In this document: piece after piece, positions 30,428 to 37,317 of the stretch
Numbering within the stretch: the first letter of the stretch is position 1
How the letters are laid out: every line of letters starts with the position of its first letter
Notes under the pieces: generated by a model
What the model saw: the letters and a program-made list of their open reading frames with translations, nothing else
What the model was told of the DNA's origin: nothing
Databases searched by the model: none
From: Betaproteobacteria bacterium
GTDB lineage: Bacteria > Pseudomonadota > Gammaproteobacteria > Burkholderiales > Casimicrobiaceae
Assembly (NCBI GenBank): GCA_016720425.1
Contig: JADKKQ010000003.1
Location: forward strand, 499,643 to 563,642
Direction of reading: 5' to 3'
Length of the DNA: 64,000 nt
Position numbers and translations under genes: made by a program

Positions 30428-30513
30428 CGCTTGCGGCGGGCCGGCGCCGTGCCGGCTGCGGTTATACTGGCCGCTTCGTCCGCGCCCCACCCACCCCGCC
30501 GGAGACGCCCCCC

Positions 30514-31008
30514 TTGCGCCACGCCTTCCTCGCCTTCGAGCGCCGGATGACGGCGTTCTCGCTGTTCGTCGCCTGCGCGATGCTGATCGCCGCCGCCTGT
30601 CTCGGGCTCTACCAGATCCTCGCCCGCTTCGTGTTCGAGCAGCCCGCGGAGTGGTCGGAGGTGCTGATCCGCTTCACGCTGATCTGGATGGTGTTCATGG
30701 GTGCGCCGACCGCCTTCCGGCAGGGGGCGATGGTCTGCGTCGACCTCGCCCACCGGCTTGCCGGGCCGATCGGCAAGCGCGTGCTGGACTGGATCGTCGC
30801 CGTCGCCGCACTGGTGCTGATCGGCTTCATGATCCGCTACGGCTTCGACTACTCGTACCGCGCGCGGGTGCAGACGATCAGCGGCCTCGAATCGCTGTCG
30901 ATGACCTGGGCCTACCTGGCGATTCCGGTGGGCGCGATCTTCTGCGTGTTCGGCGTCCTCGGCTGCCTGATCGACCCGCGCCGGCACGAGCTCGACACCT
31001 CGCAATAG
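30514..31008 (+). CDS. TRAP transporter small permease (DctQ family)
   Basis: TTG at 30514 lies 7 nt after GGAGAC (LRHAFLAFERRMTAFSLFVACAML parallels the first DctQ N-terminus). ATG at 30547 is the alternative. 4 TM segments. Confidence 0.8.
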   Translation: MRHAFLAFERRMTAFSLFVACAMLIAAACLGLYQILARFVFEQPAEWSEVLIRFTLIWMVFMGAPTAFRQGAMVCVDLAHRLAGPIGKRVLDWIVAVAALVLIGFMIRYGFDYSYRARVQTISGLESLSMTWAYLAIPVGAIFCVFGVLGCLIDPRRHELDTSQ

Positions 31009-31017
31009 GACACCCCG

Positions 31018-32295
31018 ATGCCGACCTCGATGCTGCTGACGATGGTGCTGTGCTTCGGGCTCAGCATCTCGGTCGCCGTCGCCATCGGGCTGTCGTCGAT
31101 CGTCGGCGCCTGGCAGGCCAACGTCAACCTGCTGACGATCGTCAAGGAGATGTTCGGCGCGATCAACAAGTTCCCGCTGGCGGCGATCCCCTTCTTCATC
31201 CTCGCCGGCAACCTGATGGAGTCCGGCGGCATCTCGGCGCGGCTGGTCGAGTTCGCCAAGTCCATCGTCGGCGGCGTCCAGGGCGGGCTCGCCGCCACCT
31301 GCGTGCTCACCTGCATGATCTTCGCCGCGGTGTCGGGGTCGAGCGTCGCCACCACCTTCGCCATCGGCGCGATCCTGATCCCGGCGCTGATCAGGCACGG
31401 CTATCCGACCAACTTCGCCGCCGCGCTGCAGGCAACCTCGGCCGAGCTGGGCGTCGTCATCCCGCCGTCGATCCCGATGATCCTCTACGGCGTGTCGGCC
31501 GAGGTGTCGATCGGCGAGCTGTTCATCGCCGGCTTCGGGCCCGGCCTCCTGATCGGCGGCGCGCTGATGCTGTTCGTCGTCGCCTACGCCCGCTGGAAGG
31601 GCTACGGCAAGAAGGACCACGAGGGGCGGCTGTCCTTCGTCACCGCGACGCGCCGCGCGGCGCTGGCGCTGCTGATGCCGGTGATCATCCTCGGCGGCAT
31701 CTACGGCGGCATCTTCACCCCCACCGAGGCGTCGGTGGTCGCGGTGTTCTACGCGCTGGTCGTTGGCGTCGGCATCTACCGCGAGACCAAGGTCGCCGAC
31801 CTGCCGCGGGTGCTGCAGAAGAGCGTGGTGTCCTCGGCGGTGATCATGTTCATCATCGCCAATGCCGGGCTGTTCAGCTTCCTCATCACCCGCGCCGGCG
31901 TCCCCGACCAGATCGGCGCCTTCCTGGTCGAGTGGCTGCAGACGCCGGCGCTGTTCCTCATCGGCGTCAACGCGGCGCTGTTCGTCATCGGCATGTTCAT
32001 CGAGACCTCGGCGTCGATCATCGTGCTGGCGCCGATCCTCGCCCCGGTCGCGATGCACTTCGGCATCGACCCGGTGCACTTCGGCGTCGTCATGGTCGTC
32101 AACCTCGCGCTGGGGATGATCACCCCGCCGTTCGGCGTCAACCTGTTCGCCGCGTGCACGGTGGCGAAGATCTCGGTCGACCGGATCATCTCCCGGCTCA
32201 TCCCCTTCGTGCTGGTGATCGTCGGCTGCCTGATGGTCATCACCTACGTGCCGACGGTGTCGATCGGCCTGCGCGATCTCGTCTACGCCAAATAG
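31018..32295 (+). CDS. TRAP transporter large permease (DctM family)
   Basis: 425-aa polytopic ORF, clearly paralogous to 232..1524. Confidence 0.92.
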   Translation: MPTSMLLTMVLCFGLSISVAVAIGLSSIVGAWQANVNLLTIVKEMFGAINKFPLAAIPFFILAGNLMESGGISARLVEFAKSIVGGVQGGLAATCVLTCMIFAAVSGSSVATTFAIGAILIPALIRHGYPTNFAAALQATSAELGVVIPPSIPMILYGVSAEVSIGELFIAGFGPGLLIGGALMLFVVAYARWKGYGKKDHEGRLSFVTATRRAALALLMPVIILGGIYGGIFTPTEASVVAVFYALVVGVGIYRETKVADLPRVLQKSVVSSAVIMFIIANAGLFSFLITRAGVPDQIGAFLVEWLQTPALFLIGVNAALFVIGMFIETSASIIVLAPILAPVAMHFGIDPVHFGVVMVVNLALGMITPPFGVNLFAACTVAKISVDRIISRLIPFVLVIVGCLMVITYVPTVSIGLRDLVYAK

Positions 32296-32296
32296 C

Positions 32297-32349
32297 ATGA
32301 GCCCGCCGGGCCGTCCCAAGGGCGAACACCGGAGTGCGCAGCACGAAGG
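32297..32349 (+). repeat. Copy A of a ~50-bp gene-proximal repeat family
   Basis: ATGAGCCCGCCGGGCCGTCCCAAGGGCGAACACCGGAGTGCGCAGCACGAAGG. About 90% identical to 47682-47734 by eye. Confidence 0.8.
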
Positions 32350-33568
32350 AGCTGCAAGCGCCGCCGACGCGACCCCGCCGCCGCGGCCGCTCGCCGGCCT
32401 GCGGGTGCTGGAGCTCGGGCAGCTGATCGCGGGTCCGTTCTGCACCCGGATCATGGGCGAGTTCGGCGCCGAGGTGATCAAGATCGAGCCGCCCGGCGAG
32501 GGCGACCCGCTGCGCAAGTGGCGCCACCTCCACGACGGCACGTCGCTGTGGTGGCACGTGCAGTCGCGCGGCAAGCGCTCGCTCGCGCTCGACCTGCGCC
32601 AGCCCGACGGCCAGGCGATCGCGCGCCGGCTGGCCGCGACCGCCGACGTCGTGGTCGAGAACTTCCGCCCCGGAACGATGGAGGCCTGGGGCCTCGGCTA
32701 CGACGCGCTCGCCGCCGCCAACCCCGGGCTCGTCATGGTGCGGATCTCGGGCTACGGGCAGACCGGCCCCTACCGCGAGCGCCCCGGCTTCGGCGTCATC
32801 GGCGAGGCGGTCGGCGGGCTGCGCTACGTCACCGGCACGCCGGACCGCCCGCCGTCGCGGGTCGGTGTGTCCATCGGCGACACGCTGTCGGCGCTCTACG
32901 GCGTCATCGGCGCGCTGGTGGCGCTGGAGTCGCGCCGGGCCACCGGTCGCGGCCAGGTCGTCGACGTCGCGCTCTACGAAGCGGTGTTCTCGGTGATGGA
33001 GTCGATGCTGCCGGAGTTCGACGCCTGCGGCGCGATCCGCGAGCGCACCGGCTCGTTCCTCCCGGGCATCGCGCCGACGTCGGCGTATCGCTGCCGCGAC
33101 GGCAGCTACGTGCTCATCGCCGCCAACGCCGACTCGATCTTCCGCCGGCTGTGCACGGCGATGGGGCGCGCCGACCTCGCCGCCGATCCGGCGCTCGCCC
33201 ACAACGACGGGCGCGCGGCCCGGCAGGCGTGGCTCGACGCCGAGATCGAGCGCTGGACCGCGGAGCGCGCGCCGTCCGACGTCCTGGCGACGATGGAGGC
33301 CGCCGAGGTGCCGGCGTCGCGGATCTTCTCCATCGCCGACATCGTCGCCGATCCGCACTACGCGGCACGCGAGATGATCCGCACGATCGCGCTGCCCGGC
33401 GGCCGGCAGCTCAAGGTGCCCGGGGTCGTGCCCAGGCTCTCGGCCACGCCCGGCGACTTCGCCGGCGGCGGCCCGGCGCTCGGCGAGCACAGCGATCAGG
33501 TGCTGGGCGAACTGGGTTACGATGCAGCGGCGATCGCGGCTTTTCGCGCGCGCGGGATCGTGGGCTGA
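32297..33568 (+). CDS. Family III CoA-transferase (CaiB/BaiF type)
   Basis: LAGLRVLELGQLIAGPFCTRIMGEFGAEVIKIEPPGEGDPLRKW...; the catalytic-Asp region fits the family. The first ~18 codons are the repeat element, so the true start is uncertain. Confidence 0.85.
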   Translation: MSPPGRPKGEHRSAQHEGAASAADATPPPRPLAGLRVLELGQLIAGPFCTRIMGEFGAEVIKIEPPGEGDPLRKWRHLHDGTSLWWHVQSRGKRSLALDLRQPDGQAIARRLAATADVVVENFRPGTMEAWGLGYDALAAANPGLVMVRISGYGQTGPYRERPGFGVIGEAVGGLRYVTGTPDRPPSRVGVSIGDTLSALYGVIGALVALESRRATGRGQVVDVALYEAVFSVMESMLPEFDACGAIRERTGSFLPGIAPTSAYRCRDGSYVLIAANADSIFRRLCTAMGRADLAADPALAHNDGRAARQAWLDAEIERWTAERAPSDVLATMEAAEVPASRIFSIADIVADPHYAAREMIRTIALPGGRQLKVPGVVPRLSATPGDFAGGGPALGEHSDQVLGELGYDAAAIAAFRARGIVG

Positions 33569-33586
33569 ACGCTTCCGGAGGTGGAC

Positions 33587-34930
33587 ATGACGAACCAAGC
33601 AGAGGTCGTTCCCGACCCGTCATCGACGTCCGATGCGGTAAAGGCGCTGGGCACGCTGCTGCGCGGCGACCTGCTGCCGCTGTGCATCGTCCGCGACGGC
33701 TGGCTGGTCTACGGCAACGGCGCGTTCTCGCGCACGTTTGCGCTGCCGACGCCGACGGCCGTGTTTCGCTTCACCGATCTCGCGGTCGAGGAAGACCGGC
33801 CGGCGGTGGCCGAGCAGCTCGCCGCCCTCGCCCGCGGTGAGAAGGCGACCGCGCGCTTCGGCTTTCACGGCCTGCTGCCCGACGGTGCGGTCCGCGCGGT
33901 CGAGTTCTTCGGCGCGCCGGCGCCGGCCGGGGATGGCGTGGCGATCGCCGGGATGGTGCAGGACGTCACCGAGCGGCAGCGCGCGCAGTCGCAGCTGTCG
34001 TCGCTGGCCTTCGTCGATGCGCTGACCGGGCTGCCCAACCGCGCGCAGTTCCTCGACCGGCTGCGCGACGCCTTCGTCGCCGCGCAGGCTGCCGGAACGC
34101 GCTTCGCGCTGCTGGTCGGCGATCTCGACGGTTTCAAGGAAGTCAACGACCGGCAGGGTCACGACGCCGGCGACGTCGTGCTGCAGGTGGTCGCCCGGCG
34201 GCTGCGCGGTGCCGCGCGGGCGAACGACACCATCGCGCGGCTGGGCGGCGACGAGTTCGCGCTGATCCTGCCGTCGATCGGCACGCCCGAGCACGCGGCG
34301 CTCGTCGCCGGGCGCGTGGTGCGCGCGGTGTCCGAGCCGATCGCCGTCGACGGCGGCAGCGTCAGCCTCGGCATCAGTCTCGGCGTGGCGCTGCACCCGG
34401 CGCACGGCGCCGACATGGACCGGCTGCTGCGCGCGGCCGACACGGCGATGTACGCCGCCAAGCACGGCGGCAAGAGCCGCTACGCGATCGCAAGCGCGGC
34501 CGACGGCGACGGCCAGGGCGAGGCGGTGGCGCTGCGCTTCGTCGAGTGGAGCGACACCGCGACCATCGGCGTCGAGCTGATCGACACCCAGCACCGGCGG
34601 ATGGCCGAGCTCATCAACGCGCTGGGCGAGGACCTGAAGTCGATCCAGCCGCGCGAACGGGTGCAGGCGACGATGAACGACCTGGTCCGCTGCACCCGCG
34701 AGCACTTCGCCGCCGAGGAGCGGTTGCTCGAAGCCCACGCCTCCGACCAGCTCGAGCGCCACCGGCGTTCGCATCGCCGGCTGCTCGAGGACCTGGAAAG
34801 CCTCGGCAGCGGCGTCGACGAGCAGAGCATGGCGCTGACGATGCGCTATCTCCAGGACTGGCTGTTCGTGCACATCGAGGCCGCCGATCGGCCGCTGGCC
34901 GAGGCGCTCAACGCCCGGGGCATCCGCTAA
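33587..34930 (+). CDS. PAS - GGDEF (diguanylate cyclase) - hemerythrin-like domain protein
   Basis: GGDEF with I-site (RANDTIARLGGDEF). C-terminal hemerythrin ligand motifs IDTQHRRMAELI, EHFAAEE, HRRSHRRLL and VHIEAAD. ATG lies 5 nt after GGAGG. Confidence 0.88.
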   Translation: MTNQAEVVPDPSSTSDAVKALGTLLRGDLLPLCIVRDGWLVYGNGAFSRTFALPTPTAVFRFTDLAVEEDRPAVAEQLAALARGEKATARFGFHGLLPDGAVRAVEFFGAPAPAGDGVAIAGMVQDVTERQRAQSQLSSLAFVDALTGLPNRAQFLDRLRDAFVAAQAAGTRFALLVGDLDGFKEVNDRQGHDAGDVVLQVVARRLRGAARANDTIARLGGDEFALILPSIGTPEHAALVAGRVVRAVSEPIAVDGGSVSLGISLGVALHPAHGADMDRLLRAADTAMYAAKHGGKSRYAIASAADGDGQGEAVALRFVEWSDTATIGVELIDTQHRRMAELINALGEDLKSIQPRERVQATMNDLVRCTREHFAAEERLLEAHASDQLERHRRSHRRLLEDLESLGSGVDEQSMALTMRYLQDWLFVHIEAADRPLAEALNARGIR

Positions 34931-34954
34931 CCCGGGGCCGGCGGACCGCGCGGC

Positions 34955-35410
34955 TCAGCGCGCCGGCTTGGGCGCCTTGTTGACGACCAGGTCCTTGACG
35001 CCGGCGGCAGCCGCGTGGCAAAGCGTGCAGTTGTAGTAGTCGCCGGACAATCGCGGCTTGGCCTCGGCCGTCTTCGCGTAGTGCAGCGCTGGCATCGGCG
35101 TCGGGGCCCCCTTCGCCTTCTTGCCGCCGGGCTTGTCGTGGCAGCCGACGCAGTCGTTCTTGTCGGACGAGATCGGCAGGAAGTCGTCGACCGCGTGCGG
35201 CACCAGCGGCGGCGCGCCGTACGCCGCCTTCGCGGCACCGGAGGCGCCCTTGCCGTCGGCGGTGAACGGCTGCGGCGTGGGCACGTCGAAGACGCTGCCC
35301 TTGGACAGCCCCAGGCTCGCGTCGTCGATCGGCTTCGCGGCCTGAGCAAGCACGATCTGGGTCGCGGTGAATCCGGCAAGCAGGCACAGCGTGAGGAGCA
35401 GGCGTTTCAT
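34955..35410 (-). CDS. napB: Periplasmic nitrate reductase dihaem cytochrome c subunit
   Basis: Signal peptide MKRLLLTLCLLAGFTA. Two CxxCH motifs (CVGCH, CTLCH). 151 aa. ATGA overlap with napH. Confidence 0.88.
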   Translation of the reverse strand: MKRLLLTLCLLAGFTATQIVLAQAAKPIDDASLGLSKGSVFDVPTPQPFTADGKGASGAAKAAYGAPPLVPHAVDDFLPISSDKNDCVGCHDKPGGKKAKGAPTPMPALHYAKTAEAKPRLSGDYYNCTLCHAAAAGVKDLVVNKAPKPAR

Positions 35411-36330
35411 CGTGGTTCCCTCGTCTGGGTGAATTCGTGGGCTATCGGTGCCGCAGCGACCCGGCGCGCGCGCAACCCGAAGCTGAGGCTCGACTCCGGG
35501 CAGATGGCGACGCAGCGGCCGCAGTTCGTGCACTCGCCGGCGAGCACCATGCCGTTGCGCGCGGCGGCGGTGAAATTGAGCACGGCCGGCTCCGGGCAGA
35601 CCTTGACGCAGTCGCCGCAGCGGGTGCAGCTCGCGTCGTCGAAGGCGACCCTGATCTGTCCCGCGGGGCCGCCGAGCGACCAGAACGCGCCCAGCGGGCA
35701 CAGGTGGCCGCACCAGCCGTGACGCAGCACCAGCAGGTCGAACAGGAACACCCCGAGCACGGCGATGAATCCCAGCCCGAGGCCGAACACGAGTTCGCGG
35801 TGCAGGATGCCGATCGGGCTGATCCACTCGAAGGCCGCGACGCCCGTCGACGCGGACAGCGCCAGCGCCAGCGCCAGCACCCAGTAGCGGGCCTTGGGCG
35901 AGAGGTGAAAGAGATCGCGGACGCCGACCTTTTCGCGCAGCGTCGTCGCCGTGTCGGTGACGATGTTCATCGGGCACACCCAGGCGCAGAACACGCGCCC
36001 GCCCAGCAGCAGGTAGACGGCGAGCACGATCGCTGCGCCCGTCAGCACCTCCCGCCCCGGCCGGTGCCCGCTGGCCAGGATCTGCAGCACGGCGAAGGGG
36101 TCGGCCAGCGGTATCGCCCCCAGCAGTTCCGAGGCCGACAGGTTGCCGGCGAGCAGCGGTCGGCCGGCAATCTTCCAGCCCCAGTGCAGCGTGCCGAAGA
36201 AGAGCAGCAGCGTCGCGATCTGCACGCTGCGCCGCGCGATGACGAAGCGCCACGCATGGAGCTTGCCCCGGAGCGTCCCGGGCAGCACGAAGTGGCGAAC
36301 GACCCGCGGGCGGTCGTGGCCGGAGGTCAC
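35407..36330 (-). CDS. napH: Quinol dehydrogenase membrane ferredoxin-type subunit
   Basis: 4 TM segments, CxxCP motifs (CAWVCP, CGHLCP), C-terminal 2x[4Fe-4S] (CTRCGDCVKVCP, CTNCGRCVAICP). GTG start overlaps the napG stop. Confidence 0.88.
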   Translation of the reverse strand: MTSGHDRPRVVRHFVLPGTLRGKLHAWRFVIARRSVQIATLLLFFGTLHWGWKIAGRPLLAGNLSASELLGAIPLADPFAVLQILASGHRPGREVLTGAAIVLAVYLLLGGRVFCAWVCPMNIVTDTATTLREKVGVRDLFHLSPKARYWVLALALALSASTGVAAFEWISPIGILHRELVFGLGLGFIAVLGVFLFDLLVLRHGWCGHLCPLGAFWSLGGPAGQIRVAFDDASCTRCGDCVKVCPEPAVLNFTAAARNGMVLAGECTNCGRCVAICPESSLSFGLRARRVAAAPIAHEFTQTREPR

Positions 36331-37106
36331 GGCGGCGCTGCCTGGTTGAGGTAATCGACGCCCGGTGCCGCCTGCGGCTTCGGCGCCGCGATGCGCGGCG
36401 ACGGTGCCGCTGCCGGCGCGTCGGCGGCCTGCCCGGAACGCGACGCCTTGTCCTGCATCCGGTAGTGGGCGCCGATCCGGCCCTGGACGAATTCGGGCCG
36501 CAGCACGCGGATCGCCGCGAGCTCGGTCGGGCAGGACTTCTCGCACAGGCCGCAGCCGGTGCAGTGCTCGCTGTCGACCATCGGCTCGAAGACCGCGTGC
36601 CTGCTGGTCTTGCGCGACTCGGTGTTGATGACGATCGCCTTGCCGCGCAGCGGGCAGACGCGATAGCAGACTTCGCAGCGCAGGCCCTGCCACGACAGGC
36701 AGTGCTCCTCGTCGATGACCGCGAGCCCCATCCGCGCGCGGTTGACGTCGTCGAGCGCGGGGTCGAGCGCCCCCGACGGGCAGGCGCGGGTGCAGGGCAG
36801 GTCCGGGCACATGTAGCAGGGCACCGTCCGCGGCTCGAAGTGCGGCGTGCCGGTCGCCGCCGGCCCGGCCACCGAGGCGAGCGACAGCGTGCCGTAGGGA
36901 CAGGCCCGCACGCATTGACCGCACTTGATGCACTGGGCGGCGAAATCGCGCTCGGCCAGCGCCCCCGGCGGCCGCAGCGCGCCGGCCGACGCGCGCGCCT
37001 CGCTCTTCACCAGCGCGTGCCAGATGAAGCCCACGCTGGCCGCGGCGCCGGCCATCTGTGCGCCCTTGACCAGGAAATCGCGTCGCGTCCGGCTGCTGTC
37101 GTTCAT
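36327..37106 (-). CDS. napG: Periplasmic ferredoxin-type quinol dehydrogenase subunit
   Basis: Tat signal SRTRRDFLVKGA. Four Cys clusters (CIKCGQCVRACP, CYMCPDLPCTRACP, CEVCYRVCP, CTGCGLCEKSCP). Confidence 0.9.
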   Translation of the reverse strand: MNDSSRTRRDFLVKGAQMAGAAASVGFIWHALVKSEARASAGALRPPGALAERDFAAQCIKCGQCVRACPYGTLSLASVAGPAATGTPHFEPRTVPCYMCPDLPCTRACPSGALDPALDDVNRARMGLAVIDEEHCLSWQGLRCEVCYRVCPLRGKAIVINTESRKTSRHAVFEPMVDSEHCTGCGLCEKSCPTELAAIRVLRPEFVQGRIGAHYRMQDKASRSGQAADAPAAAPSPRIAAPKPQAAPGVDYLNQAAPP

Positions 37107-37150
37107 GCGCGTCGGCGCCCTGCCGAGGTCTGCGCCAGGTTCACGCCTGA

Positions 37151-37258
37151 AGGCGCTCCTGCAGGGTCAGCGCGTCGGCCGGAACTCGTGGGAGGCGCTC
37201 CTGCAGAACCAGCGCGTTGGCCGGAACCTGTAGGAGCGGCTTCAGCCGCGAATGAACG
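37151..37258. repeat. REP-like element: two 42-bp tandem units plus a terminal GC palindrome, in the napA-napG intergenic region
   Basis: 37151-37192 AGGCGCTCCTGCAGGGTCAGCGCGTCGGCCGGAACTCGTGGG. 37193-37234 AGGCGCTCCTGCAGAACCAGCGCGTTGGCCGGAACCTGTAGG. Then AGCGGCTTCAGCCGCGAATGAACG. Unit 2 can fold (GCTCCTGCAG ... CTGTAGGAGC). Confidence 0.7.
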
Positions 37259-37317
37259 TCGCACCATTGCACTGGCGCCTGACGGCGCTCTCACAGGATG
37301 CAAGCCCTCGGCCAAGA

